Origin: an uncultured Candidatus Saccharibacteria bacterium
GTDB taxonomy: Bacteria; Patescibacteriota; Doudnabacteria; UBA920; 2-01-FULL-46-14
Direction of reading: 5' to 3'
Length of the DNA: 64,000 nt
NCBI GenBank assembly: GCA_964565195.1
Contig: CAZMCQ010000002.1
Span: 82,161 to 146,160 of the forward strand
This document shows, in pieces, positions 29,189 through 38,481 of this stretch. Numbering within the stretch: the first letter of the stretch is position 1; every line of letters begins with the position of its first letter. A program made the position numbers and the translations under genes. The notes under the pieces were generated by a model. The model was not told the origin of the DNA. It searched no databases and saw nothing but the letters and a program-made list of their open reading frames with translations.

Positions 29189-30313
29189 ATGCCAACCTAC
29201 CAAATGGCTAAACCGCATATTGGCAAGGCCGAGATTGACGCGGTCAAGCGCGTGTTGGAGAGCGGCGTTTTGAGTCTGGGGCCGAAGCATCGCGAATTTG
29301 AACAGGCACTGGCAAAGCGAATCGGCACCAAATATGCCGCATCAGTTTCGAACGGCACCGCTGGGCTGCATTTGGCAATGATTGCCGCAGGAATCGGGCC
29401 GGGCGATGAAGTAATCACGACGCCGTTTTCTTTTGTGGCTTCCGCCAATTCGATCCTGTTTGTCGGCGCAAAGCCGATTTTCGTGGATATTGATCCGGTG
29501 ACTTACAATTTGGATCCGCGTTATATCGAGGAGGCGATTACGAAAAAGACTAAAGCCATTTTGGCGGTGCATATCTTCGGCCAGGGCGCGGATATGGATC
29601 CGATCATGAAAATCGCCAGAAAGCACAAGCTCATAGTTTTGGAAGATGCCTGCGAGTCGCTGGGAGCGACTTATAAAGGCAAAAAACTTGGCACATTTGG
29701 GCAGTCGTCGGTGTTCGCGTTTTACGCGAACAAGCAGATCACGACCGGTGAGGGCGGCATGGTCTGCACAAACAGCAAACGGGTTTATGATCTCTCAAAG
29801 AGTCTTTCCAATCAGGGCCGCAGCGGCAATATGCAGTGGCTTGACCACGCGCGGCTTGGCTATAACTACCGGCTCAATGAGATGAGCGCGGCTCTTGGGG
29901 TGGAGCAGCTGAAAAAACTTGATTTTCTGATTCAGGAGAGGAAAAAAATCGCGCGTTGGTATTCGAAATATTTAAAGAAATATTCGAAACTTGTGCAAAT
30001 CCCGAGGGTTGGCAAATACAATACTCATACTTGGCAAGTTTATGTGACCAAGATTTTGCGCCGCGATGTGAACCGCGACAGATTGATTGAGAACTTGGCC
30101 AAGTGCGGTATAAGCTCCAAACCGTATCTGCCGTCCATTCACCTTTTTAGTTTTTATCGCAAGCAGTTCGGCTATAAGCCCGGGTCTTATCCGATCGCCG
30201 AGGATTTGAGCCGCTATTCCCTGGCCCTGCCGTTCTATATCGGACTCAAAGAAAACGACGTCAAGCATATTTCTAATCAATTCATCAGCGCAATAGAGGA
30301 GTACAAAAAATGA
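29189..30313 (+). CDS. DegT/DnrJ/EryC1/StrS-family PLP-dependent sugar aminotransferase
   Basis: N-terminal KPHIGKAEIDAVKRVLESGVLSLGP and an internal NKQITTGEGGMV PLP-lysine region. 374 aa. Confidence 0.85.
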   Translation: MPTYQMAKPHIGKAEIDAVKRVLESGVLSLGPKHREFEQALAKRIGTKYAASVSNGTAGLHLAMIAAGIGPGDEVITTPFSFVASANSILFVGAKPIFVDIDPVTYNLDPRYIEEAITKKTKAILAVHIFGQGADMDPIMKIARKHKLIVLEDACESLGATYKGKKLGTFGQSSVFAFYANKQITTGEGGMVCTNSKRVYDLSKSLSNQGRSGNMQWLDHARLGYNYRLNEMSAALGVEQLKKLDFLIQERKKIARWYSKYLKKYSKLVQIPRVGKYNTHTWQVYVTKILRRDVNRDRLIENLAKCGISSKPYLPSIHLFSFYRKQFGYKPGSYPIAEDLSRYSLALPFYIGLKENDVKHISNQFISAIEEYKK

Positions 30314-31329
30314 CAATGTTCAAAAAGGACCGGACATTTATCATCGCGGAAGCCGGCATCAATCACAATGGCAGTTTTAATATTGCCAAGAAATTGATTG
30401 TCGCAGCGAAAGCGGTCGGCGCAGATGCCGTGAAATTCCAGGCCTTCAAAACCGGGGAGTTCATTATTAAGGAAGCGCGGAAGGCTGCGCACGTCAAAGG
30501 CCAGAAAAGTTTTTTTGAGCTCATCAAGAGCTGGGAGCTGAAAGAGCAGGATTATGTGAAGCTCGCTGCGTTCGCGAAGCGGCAGAAGATGATGTTCTTT
30601 GCCTCGGTCTTTGGTCCGAAGTCTATGAAAATGCTGGAAAAGATCCGCGTGCCGATTTACAAGATCGCGTCAATGGATCTTAATAACCACCCGTTCCTGC
30701 GCGCGGTAGCCAAAACGCGAAAGCCAGTCATAATTTCTACGGGTATGGGCAACCTGGTTGAGATCAGGCGCGCCGTTAAAATTTTAGAAAGTGGGCGCGG
30801 GGAAATCGGCATTCTGCACTGCGTCGCGCTTTATCCGCCGGAGGCCGGGGAATTTCATCTCGAAAAAATCGGAATTTTGAAAAAAATTTTCCCGCGCCAT
30901 ACCATCGGGTTCTCTGACCACAGCCTGGATATTTTAACGCCCGTTGCTGCGGCCGCTTTAGGCGCGCGAATCATCGAAAAGCATTTTACGCTGGATAAAA
31001 AAATGGCCGGTCCTGACCAGAGAAGCTCGGCTGATCCGAAGGAGTTTCGGAAAATGGTTGATCAGATTCGCTACCTCGAGAAAGCCATCACTGCTCCGGG
31101 CTCGAAGTTTGTGGCCGTGCCGCGCGAGCAGAAAATGAAAAGCGCCTTCCGCCGGAGCATTGTCACGGAAAGGGCAATAAAGAAGGGTGCGGTATTGCAC
31201 GAAAAAATGCTTGGCTTCAAGCGACCAGGCAGCGGCATCGCGCCTTCGGAGCTGCGGAAAATTGTGGGCAGAAAAGCCAAACGCGACCTTGCGCCGAACA
31301 CGATCATTAAATTTTCCGACTTAAGATGA
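30310..31329 (+). CDS. N-acetylneuraminate synthase family (NeuB/PseI/LegI-like nonulosonic acid synthase) with C-terminal SAF domain
   Basis: FIIAEAGINHNGSFNIAKKLIVAAKAVGADAVKFQ NeuB motif. SAF-like C-terminus (RSIVTERAIKKGAVL). Confidence 0.85.
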   Translation: MTMFKKDRTFIIAEAGINHNGSFNIAKKLIVAAKAVGADAVKFQAFKTGEFIIKEARKAAHVKGQKSFFELIKSWELKEQDYVKLAAFAKRQKMMFFASVFGPKSMKMLEKIRVPIYKIASMDLNNHPFLRAVAKTRKPVIISTGMGNLVEIRRAVKILESGRGEIGILHCVALYPPEAGEFHLEKIGILKKIFPRHTIGFSDHSLDILTPVAAAALGARIIEKHFTLDKKMAGPDQRSSADPKEFRKMVDQIRYLEKAITAPGSKFVAVPREQKMKSAFRRSIVTERAIKKGAVLHEKMLGFKRPGSGIAPSELRKIVGRKAKRDLAPNTIIKFSDLR

Positions 31330-32006
31330 GGAATATCTGTATCATTCCCGCCCGCGGCGGATCCAAACGCATTCCGAAAAAAAACATCGTGGATTTTCAC
31401 GGCCAGCCAATGATTGCCTACACGATCGGGGCAGCTCTGAAATCCGGCCTGTTCGGCAAGAACATATATATCAGTTCTGACTCAGAGAAAATATTGAAAG
31501 TCGCGCGGCGCTACAAAGGCGTCAGGACCATAAAGCGGCCATTGAAAATTTCTGATGATACAGCGTTGCTTGATTCGGTACTACTCCATTTTCTCGAGAA
31601 CGTTCCGGGCAAATTCGACAACTTGTGTCTACTCCTGCCGACATGCCCGCTTCGCAACGCCACTGATGTGAAAAGAGCTTACCGGCTCTTTTTGAAAAGC
31701 AAGGCGCCGGCGTTGATGAGTGTTGTGGCCTACAACTGGCTTTATCCGTTCTGGACCGTCGCGGAAAAGAACGGCATTGTCGATTTCTTCTTTGGTCGAA
31801 AGTATCTCGTGGACTCGAAACTTCTGCCCAAACACGTTTATTGCCCGGCGGGAGGCATTCGTTTCATGAAGGTCAAGAATTTTTTGCGCAAGCAGACATT
31901 CTACGGGCTGAAGGTCGCGAAATATGAGATCCCGTTCGAGCGCTCGGCGGATATAGATACTTACGACGATCTGGCCTTGGCCAAAAAACTTTTTGAACTT
32001 CAATGA
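31326..32006 (+). CDS. Acylneuraminate cytidylyltransferase family (CMP-nonulosonic acid synthetase, NeuA/PseF/LegF-like)
   Basis: ICIIPARGGSKRIPKKNI N-terminal motif. Confidence 0.8.
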   Translation: MRNICIIPARGGSKRIPKKNIVDFHGQPMIAYTIGAALKSGLFGKNIYISSDSEKILKVARRYKGVRTIKRPLKISDDTALLDSVLLHFLENVPGKFDNLCLLLPTCPLRNATDVKRAYRLFLKSKAPALMSVVAYNWLYPFWTVAEKNGIVDFFFGRKYLVDSKLLPKHVYCPAGGIRFMKVKNFLRKQTFYGLKVAKYEIPFERSADIDTYDDLALAKKLFELQ

Positions 32007-32740
32007 CAAACGGCAACTGGAAAGTCTGGAATAAAAATGAGGAATATGGGCAGTTGCTCTATCGCCGCGCGATTGGAGAAGAGGCGGAAATGGAATCAGC
32101 CAAAGCGCTTTGTGAAATTTTAAAACCGTTCTACAAAAGCGGGATGACCGTGCTCGATGTGGGTTGCGGTGCCGGGCATTATTTGCGCAGTTTACGGATG
32201 CGCCTTGATCCAAAGGTCAATTACACTGGCGTGGATGCTACGGAAAAATATGTGGCGCTTGCGCGACAGGCCTTTCCCGAGGCGCGGTTCATTGTCGGCG
32301 ATATTTTTGCCTTACCGTTTAGAGACCGAGAATTTGATATCGTGATGTGCAACAATGTCCTCTATCATCTCCCGCCGCCGCCCGGAAAACCACTTTCTGA
32401 ACTTACGCGTGTGGCCAAAAAGCACGCGGTGATTCGCACCGTATTTGGCGAGCGCAACTATATCATCCGCGAGCTTCCGTATGAAGGTGAGATCATCCAC
32501 GCGGATGGGGAGATACCGAGCTTCAATTTTTTTAATATGTATACCGAGGATTATTACCGGAAAGTTCTGTCGCAAGCTGCGCCGGACTGGAAGATTGAGA
32601 TCATCCCGGATACTTTCTGGAAGGATTTCGACGTGCGCCAAGAGATTGACAATCCCACGGCGACGCACATCGTGGACGGCAAGCAGGTTTCGGGAAATTT
32701 AATTCTTGATTTCCGATTTATCGTTCTGGAAAGGAAATAG
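32003..32740 (+). CDS. Class I SAM-dependent methyltransferase
   Basis: VLDVGCGAGHY motif I. Confidence 0.7.
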   Translation: MTNGNWKVWNKNEEYGQLLYRRAIGEEAEMESAKALCEILKPFYKSGMTVLDVGCGAGHYLRSLRMRLDPKVNYTGVDATEKYVALARQAFPEARFIVGDIFALPFRDREFDIVMCNNVLYHLPPPPGKPLSELTRVAKKHAVIRTVFGERNYIIRELPYEGEIIHADGEIPSFNFFNMYTEDYYRKVLSQAAPDWKIEIIPDTFWKDFDVRQEIDNPTATHIVDGKQVSGNLILDFRFIVLERK

Positions 32741-32741
32741 T

Positions 32742-34247
32742 ATGGAGCTGCAAGGCAAGCGAATCTTAATCTTTCAGCAGCGGGATTGGGGCCGCCGGAT
32801 CGGCCATTTTTTGGCGAAGAAGCTGCAAAGCGAGGGCGCGCGCCTGGCGGCTTTGACGTTCAAGAACGAATCGCACCAGTTTGTTCTGGCGCAGAAAGAT
32901 GTGCGATATGATCTTATCATCAGTAACGACGCCGTCATGGCCGATCCCTTCAAATTTTTAGGCGGTGACAAAATTTCTCTCGAGGAAATTTGCGCCGACT
33001 TGGGGGTGGCTTCGGTTTGGCCGTTTATTTATTCGCTGCGAAATCACGTCAAAAACTACGGCGAAAAGTATTTCTATAGCTTTCGCCAGAATGTTCCGGA
33101 CGAGGAGATCGTGGCATATGCCAAGGCCGCTTACAAATATTTAAAGCGTTTTTTTGACGAGTTCCGACCGGAGGTTATTCTCGCCCCGAATTACGCGGAT
33201 ATCACGCATATTATGTGCAATCTCATGGCCCGAAAGCGCGGGGCCGTGATGCTGGTGCCCGTGGACTGCAAGGTTCGCGGAATAAGCGTTTTTTCGCGCA
33301 GTTTTCATGACGACCAAAGCCGGTTTTGTGCGCGAGTGGACGAATTAAACGCTGGCGCGGCCAAGAGCGGAAACCGCGAACGAGCGCGGCAATATATTGC
33401 CGAGTTTCGGCAGCGCTTCAAAAATCCGAAATATGCCGAGCAGCTGCTGCGCAAAAAATCTCCTTGGAAAACCCTGCGGCATAATTTGTCGCCCCTGCGA
33501 AAAATTTTGCGCTGGTACACAAGGAGACAGACCAACTATGTGCCGAGTCTGGGTGCGACGATTGACTACAAGCCGCCACGGATTATTTTGCGGGATTTTT
33601 TCGCAAATCGCCGGTACAAAAAATTTGCGCAAAATTTTCCTTACCATCCGTTAGAAAAACTTGGTAAATTTATCTATTTTCCCTTGCAGTTCCAGCCAGA
33701 GGCCACAATTGATGTGCAGGCGCCGTATTTCTCGAACCAGCTTGAGACCGCGCGCCTGGTGGCGATGTCCCTGCCCGGCGACTATACCCTGGCAGTAAAA
33801 GAGCACCCGGCCATGGTCGGCCACCGTTCGCCTTCTTATCTGGACAAGTTCGCGCGAACGGCCAATGTGACACTCATCGATCACCGGATCTCCTCTGGAG
33901 AAGTTTTTAAACAAGCTGACCTGATCGTGAGCCCCTCGAGCACGAGCATCGCGGAAGCCGCTTTTTACAATAAACCAGCGATCCAGCTTGGCGACCTTGG
34001 AACGACCCTGAAGCTGCCCAATGTTTTTAAACATTCGGATATGCCGACCTTGCCGCAAAAGATCAAGGAGGTGCTGAAGATTGATTTGCAAACGCCGGAT
34101 TACGAGCGGCGGCTCGAGAATTATGTTGCGGCCGCTTATGACACGGGCTTTGATTTTGATTATTTCGGCGTCTGGTATCATGGCGAAAAAGAAGATCTGG
34201 AAAAATTGTGGCAAATTTACCGCCGAGGAATTTTAAACGAGTTATGA
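32742..34247 (+). CDS. GT-B fold protein of the capsule polysaccharide biosynthesis KpsS/KpsC (PF05159)/NeuC-like type, putative CMP-ulosonic acid transferase
   Basis: C-terminal half YFPLQFQPEATIDVQAPY...KEHP...DLIVSPSSTSIAEAAFYNKPAIQLG resembles the Capsule_synth/Epimerase_2 GT-B pattern. ATG 32742 lies 1 nt after the upstream stop. Confidence 0.4.
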   Translation: MELQGKRILIFQQRDWGRRIGHFLAKKLQSEGARLAALTFKNESHQFVLAQKDVRYDLIISNDAVMADPFKFLGGDKISLEEICADLGVASVWPFIYSLRNHVKNYGEKYFYSFRQNVPDEEIVAYAKAAYKYLKRFFDEFRPEVILAPNYADITHIMCNLMARKRGAVMLVPVDCKVRGISVFSRSFHDDQSRFCARVDELNAGAAKSGNRERARQYIAEFRQRFKNPKYAEQLLRKKSPWKTLRHNLSPLRKILRWYTRRQTNYVPSLGATIDYKPPRIILRDFFANRRYKKFAQNFPYHPLEKLGKFIYFPLQFQPEATIDVQAPYFSNQLETARLVAMSLPGDYTLAVKEHPAMVGHRSPSYLDKFARTANVTLIDHRISSGEVFKQADLIVSPSSTSIAEAAFYNKPAIQLGDLGTTLKLPNVFKHSDMPTLPQKIKEVLKIDLQTPDYERRLENYVAAAYDTGFDFDYFGVWYHGEKEDLEKLWQIYRRGILNEL

Positions 34248-35527
34248 TGAAGATTATCTCCCAAATAAAAAAACACCTGGCGCGACCGCTGCTGGCCCTG
34301 GCTCTGCTCTTGGGAAGCGCCAAGCTCGCGGCCTGGATTTTATCAGTCGTCGCCTGGACAGTCGGTCGGGCCGAGCAGCGGATTTTGTGTTTGGGCCGGA
34401 CGATTTTTGTTGACGACATCAAAGCCATGGTGAGCTATTCCGGCCGGTTGCAATATTATGTGATTCACCGCCACTATTTTGAGCAAATTTTCAGTTATTT
34501 TTTAGGAAACGAGCGGAAGGAGGTAACCGAGTACAATTATCATGTTTCAGAGATTGGGAAATCAGGCAAAGAAAAATATTATCAATTTTTGTTTGAGATG
34601 TTGCCGCAGCTTCGGCGTGCTTTGGGGTTTTCCGCCATCCTTTCAGGCAATTTCGGCTATGTTGAGCAACAGGAACTTGCCAAAGTCGCGGAGACACAAG
34701 GTGTGCCAGTTATTGTTTTTCACAAAGAAGGAATGGATGTCTTCAAGGATCCAAAGCTCGTGTATAAAGATCTGCGTTTTATTGGTAAGAAAATGCTTTT
34801 GTACAATGACAGAATAAAAAATGAGTTTTTAAAGATGCGAGTTCCAGGATTCACTGAAAAAAATTCGGTTGTGGTAGGGATACCGCGCCTTGATCAATAC
34901 TTTGCTGCCGCCAATCCTGGAAACGACCGCCGCCAGGTAGTTCTATTTTCTTTTTACCCCAAAAGCTATTTGAGCTTTCTGGGCGCTGCCCCGGCGAATT
35001 ATGCGGAAATAGAAAAGCGGATGAACGATTTTCATATCTGGGCCATGCAGTATGCCAAAGCGAATCCAGAGGTAAAAGTCGTTATAAAAACCAAAGTGCC
35101 GCAGTATTACGTGGACTATGTCGTCTCGATGCGCGATCGGAATTTTCCAGAAGTAATTTCCAACCTTGAGATCACGAGCGAAAGAAGTTCCACAATCCTT
35201 ATTCCGGAGTCTTACGCCGTGATGAGTTTCAACTCTACAACCTTGATTGAGGCCTTGATTGCTGGTAAAATAATCCTTAGTCCTGATTTGCGTGATCTAG
35301 TGCCAGGGAACAACTGGAACTATTTTGAAGATCATCCCGAACTCGTAAATTACGTGCATTCGCGCGAGGAGTTATTTGCTATTTTAGATAATCCGGGGCG
35401 GAAAAATTATGCCGACGAGCAGAAGAATGATTTTTTGGAGAGTCTTATATCCACGCCGGATGGGCAGGCCGGCAAACGAGCAGAAAGCGAGATCATTAAC
35501 ACCATAGCCAATGCCAAAACAGCTTGA
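34244..35527 (+). CDS. Second GT-B fold KpsS/KpsC-like protein (paralog type of the preceding gene)
   Basis: C-terminal AVMSFNSTTLIEALIAGKIILSPD motif. ATGA overlap with the upstream gene. Confidence 0.35.
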   Translation: MMKIISQIKKHLARPLLALALLLGSAKLAAWILSVVAWTVGRAEQRILCLGRTIFVDDIKAMVSYSGRLQYYVIHRHYFEQIFSYFLGNERKEVTEYNYHVSEIGKSGKEKYYQFLFEMLPQLRRALGFSAILSGNFGYVEQQELAKVAETQGVPVIVFHKEGMDVFKDPKLVYKDLRFIGKKMLLYNDRIKNEFLKMRVPGFTEKNSVVVGIPRLDQYFAAANPGNDRRQVVLFSFYPKSYLSFLGAAPANYAEIEKRMNDFHIWAMQYAKANPEVKVVIKTKVPQYYVDYVVSMRDRNFPEVISNLEITSERSSTILIPESYAVMSFNSTTLIEALIAGKIILSPDLRDLVPGNNWNYFEDHPELVNYVHSREELFAILDNPGRKNYADEQKNDFLESLISTPDGQAGKRAESEIINTIANAKTA

Positions 35528-36224
35528 AGTCAAAGTTCTTGGGATTATCCCGGCTCGTGGCGGATCGAAAAGCATCCCCTACAAAAATATTGTCCTCTTC
35601 CGCGGCAAGCCGCTTATTTACCATACCATCAAGGCGGCGAAGGCGGCAAAACTTCTTGATGCGGTTATCGTTTCAACAGATGACGAAAAAATTGCAGCAG
35701 TGGCGAGGTCGTTTGGCGCAGATGTGCCTTTCCTCCGGCCGAAGCGATTCGCCGGCGATAAATCGCCGGATTTGGAGTTTTTGCAACACGCACTATGGTG
35801 GCTGGAAAAGAACCGTGGTTGGCGGCCGGAAATTGTGGTCGTGCTCCGTCCTACCGCTCCGACGCGTCGCTCCGCGGATATCGACAAAGTGATCCGTATT
35901 ATACAGAACACTGGATGCGATTCCGTTCGGACGGTAACCATGCCCGACAAAAATCCTTTCAAAATGTGGTACTTTTCCGGGAAAGACGGGAGCGTCCTCC
36001 GGCCCTTCGCGCCGACCAAGCACTATTCCAAATGGGGAACTGACGTGCCGCGCCAGGCCCTGCCGAAGGTTTTCTGGCAGAACGCAATGGTGGACGCCAC
36101 GCGCGCGAAATTCATCAAGAAGGGGCGAGTGTACGGACGCGACATCCGCGGCGTGGTCGTTGATTCTGAACGCGCAATCGACATCGACACTTACCAAGAC
36201 TTAAAAGCGGTAAAGAGAAAGTAA
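35511..36224 (+). CDS. Second acylneuraminate cytidylyltransferase family protein (CMP-ulosonic/nonulosonic acid synthetase)
   Basis: VLGIIPARGGSKSIPYKNIV motif. 237 aa. Confidence 0.8.
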   Translation: MPKQLEVKVLGIIPARGGSKSIPYKNIVLFRGKPLIYHTIKAAKAAKLLDAVIVSTDDEKIAAVARSFGADVPFLRPKRFAGDKSPDLEFLQHALWWLEKNRGWRPEIVVVLRPTAPTRRSADIDKVIRIIQNTGCDSVRTVTMPDKNPFKMWYFSGKDGSVLRPFAPTKHYSKWGTDVPRQALPKVFWQNAMVDATRAKFIKKGRVYGRDIRGVVVDSERAIDIDTYQDLKAVKRK

Positions 36225-36228
36225 ATTT

Positions 36229-36894
36229 ATGGACAAATATCTCAATGTCTTCTACAATTTTAACCTCAAACCCAAGACTGACTACCCCGCCAAGCTTGCG
36301 AACTATTTGATCAACCGGTATAAAATCCAACCGGGCGCCGAAATTTTAGATGTCGGCTGCGGCCGCGGCGATTTGCTTCGCGCGTTCGCCAAAGAGGGCC
36401 TTCTGACACAGGGACTCGACCTCATGCCCTATGACATGGAACTCACGGCCGGACTTCCAATCAAACACGCCAATTTTGAAAGCGAGAGATTTCCGTTTGA
36501 AGATGAAAGTTTTGATTTGGTTTTTTCCAAATCAGTGATCGAGCATCTGCACAAGCCGGATAATTTTCTGCGCGAGGCGCGTCGTGTTCTAAAGACCGGC
36601 GGGAGGCTCATCATCATGACTCCTGATTGGCAGACTCAGCTCTATACTTTTTACAACGATCACACGCACGTTCAGCCATATATCGTCTCTGGCCTCATAA
36701 ACGCGTTGAAACTTTATGAGCTTAATGATGTTACGGCGGAACTTTTCTACCAGCTGCCGTCAGTCTGGAAATTTCCTTTTCTAAAAATTTTCTACAAACC
36801 ACTCCAGCTTCTTTTTCCGGTCAAAAAGGTGAGGAAAAGTAGCTGGTGGCGGTGGGCAAGAGAATTAATGATTTTGGGTTCGGCGATAAAATAA
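36229..36894 (+). CDS. Class I SAM-dependent methyltransferase
   Basis: ILDVGCGRGDLL motif I and LVFSKSVIEHL motif. Confidence 0.7.
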   Translation: MDKYLNVFYNFNLKPKTDYPAKLANYLINRYKIQPGAEILDVGCGRGDLLRAFAKEGLLTQGLDLMPYDMELTAGLPIKHANFESERFPFEDESFDLVFSKSVIEHLHKPDNFLREARRVLKTGGRLIIMTPDWQTQLYTFYNDHTHVQPYIVSGLINALKLYELNDVTAELFYQLPSVWKFPFLKIFYKPLQLLFPVKKVRKSSWWRWARELMILGSAIK

Positions 36895-36895
36895 T

Positions 36896-38452
36896 ATGAA
36901 CTTTATTTCCAGTAATAAAAAATACGATTTTGAAGGTTTGTTTATTTTCGATATGGCGAACAATCACCAGGGCAGCGTGGAGCATGGCCTGCGAATCATC
37001 CGCGAGTTTGCGCCGGTGATCCGCGCGGCGGGCGTCCGCGCGGCCATGAAGTTTCAACTTCGCAACCTGGATACCTTTATTCATCCCGTGCATCATGAGA
37101 ACAAAGAAAATAAACATATCAGTCGCTTCCTCTCGACGCGGCTTTCCGATGCGGAGTTTCAAACTTTGACTGATGAATGTCGCAAACACGGCTTTATCCC
37201 GATGGCCACACCGTTCGATGAAGATTCAGTGGAACTTGCGAAACAATTGAACGTGGAGATTCTAAAAGTTGCGAGTTGTTCGGCGCGAGATTGGCCACTC
37301 CTAGAAAAAATTTCTGAAACCGGAAAACCAGTTGTCATCTCCACCGCTGGTCTGTCCGTAGACGACGTCGATAACCTCGTGAGCTTTTTCGATCACCGCG
37401 CGGTGCAATACGCGCTCATGCACTGCGTCGCCATTTATCCAACGCCGAGCCATCTCATGAATCTAGGGCGCATCAGTTTTATGAGGAAGCGCTACCCGCA
37501 TGTTCCTCTTGGTTTTTCTACGCATGAAGATCCGGACGATACCCACGTTATTGCTCTGGCTTATGCCAAAGGCGCGCGACTGTTTGAGCGCCATGTTGGC
37601 GTAGAAACGGAGCGCGTGAAGCTCAATGCCTACTCTTCTCGTCCCGAACAGATCAGAAAGTGGCTCAAAGCTTATGCGGAGGGCGTGGCCATGACTGGCG
37701 CAGCTGGGGGCCAGGAATATTCGCAGGACCAGAGCGAACAAGCATCACTGCGATCCCTGCAGCGCGGGGTGTTTGCGAAAAAAGATATTAAAAAGGACGA
37801 AGTGATCAAGCGTGATGATGTGTTTTTTGCCATGCCGCATCTAGCAGGACAGCTGCACAGCGGTAAATTTAAAACTGGTCTGGTTGCCGATCAGGATTAC
37901 CCGGCGCTCGTCCCGCTCTCGGCCGTGCTTGTCCCGGAGCGCCTCACCAAGAAGCAGATCATCTACCGCGTCCTGCACAAAGTCAAAGGCATGCTCCGCG
38001 AAGCCAATGTCGCGGTCAATCATGACTCGAGCGTGGAACTCTCGCACCACAAAGGCCTCGAAAATTTACAAGAGGTTGGCGCGGTTATCATTACCTGTAT
38101 CAATCGCGAATACTGCAAGAAGATCATTGTCATCCTGCCCGGGCAGATCCACCCGCAGCATTATCACGATAAGAAAGAAGAGTCCTTTCAGGTTTTGTCA
38201 GGGGAGCTGCATGTTGAAGTAAATGACAAACCGAAGATATTATTCCCCGGAGACATCCTGCTTATCCCGCGCGGCGTCTGGCACAGTTTCGCCGCGCCGG
38301 ACGGGGCGATTTTTGAAGAAGTCTCCACTATGCACTTTATGAATGATTCGGCCTATTCAGACAAAGAGATTGCCGCCATGAAACCCGAACAGCGTAAGAC
38401 ACAATTAATCAACTGGGGAGAACACCAATTCGATAACGTTGACGATCTATGA
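36896..38452 (+). CDS. Second N-acetylneuraminate synthase family protein (NeuB-like) fused to a C-terminal cupin domain
   Basis: N-terminal FIFDMANNHQGSVEHGLRIIREFA..MKFQ NeuB-like domain. C-terminal about 110 aa with cupin motifs (HPQHYHDKKEESFQVLSGELHV...GDILLIPRGVWHSF). Confidence 0.7.
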   Translation: MNFISSNKKYDFEGLFIFDMANNHQGSVEHGLRIIREFAPVIRAAGVRAAMKFQLRNLDTFIHPVHHENKENKHISRFLSTRLSDAEFQTLTDECRKHGFIPMATPFDEDSVELAKQLNVEILKVASCSARDWPLLEKISETGKPVVISTAGLSVDDVDNLVSFFDHRAVQYALMHCVAIYPTPSHLMNLGRISFMRKRYPHVPLGFSTHEDPDDTHVIALAYAKGARLFERHVGVETERVKLNAYSSRPEQIRKWLKAYAEGVAMTGAAGGQEYSQDQSEQASLRSLQRGVFAKKDIKKDEVIKRDDVFFAMPHLAGQLHSGKFKTGLVADQDYPALVPLSAVLVPERLTKKQIIYRVLHKVKGMLREANVAVNHDSSVELSHHKGLENLQEVGAVIITCINREYCKKIIVILPGQIHPQHYHDKKEESFQVLSGELHVEVNDKPKILFPGDILLIPRGVWHSFAAPDGAIFEEVSTMHFMNDSAYSDKEIAAMKPEQRKTQLINWGEHQFDNVDDL

Positions 38453-38481
38453 GAGACTTAGTGATAAAAAAAGGAGGGAAT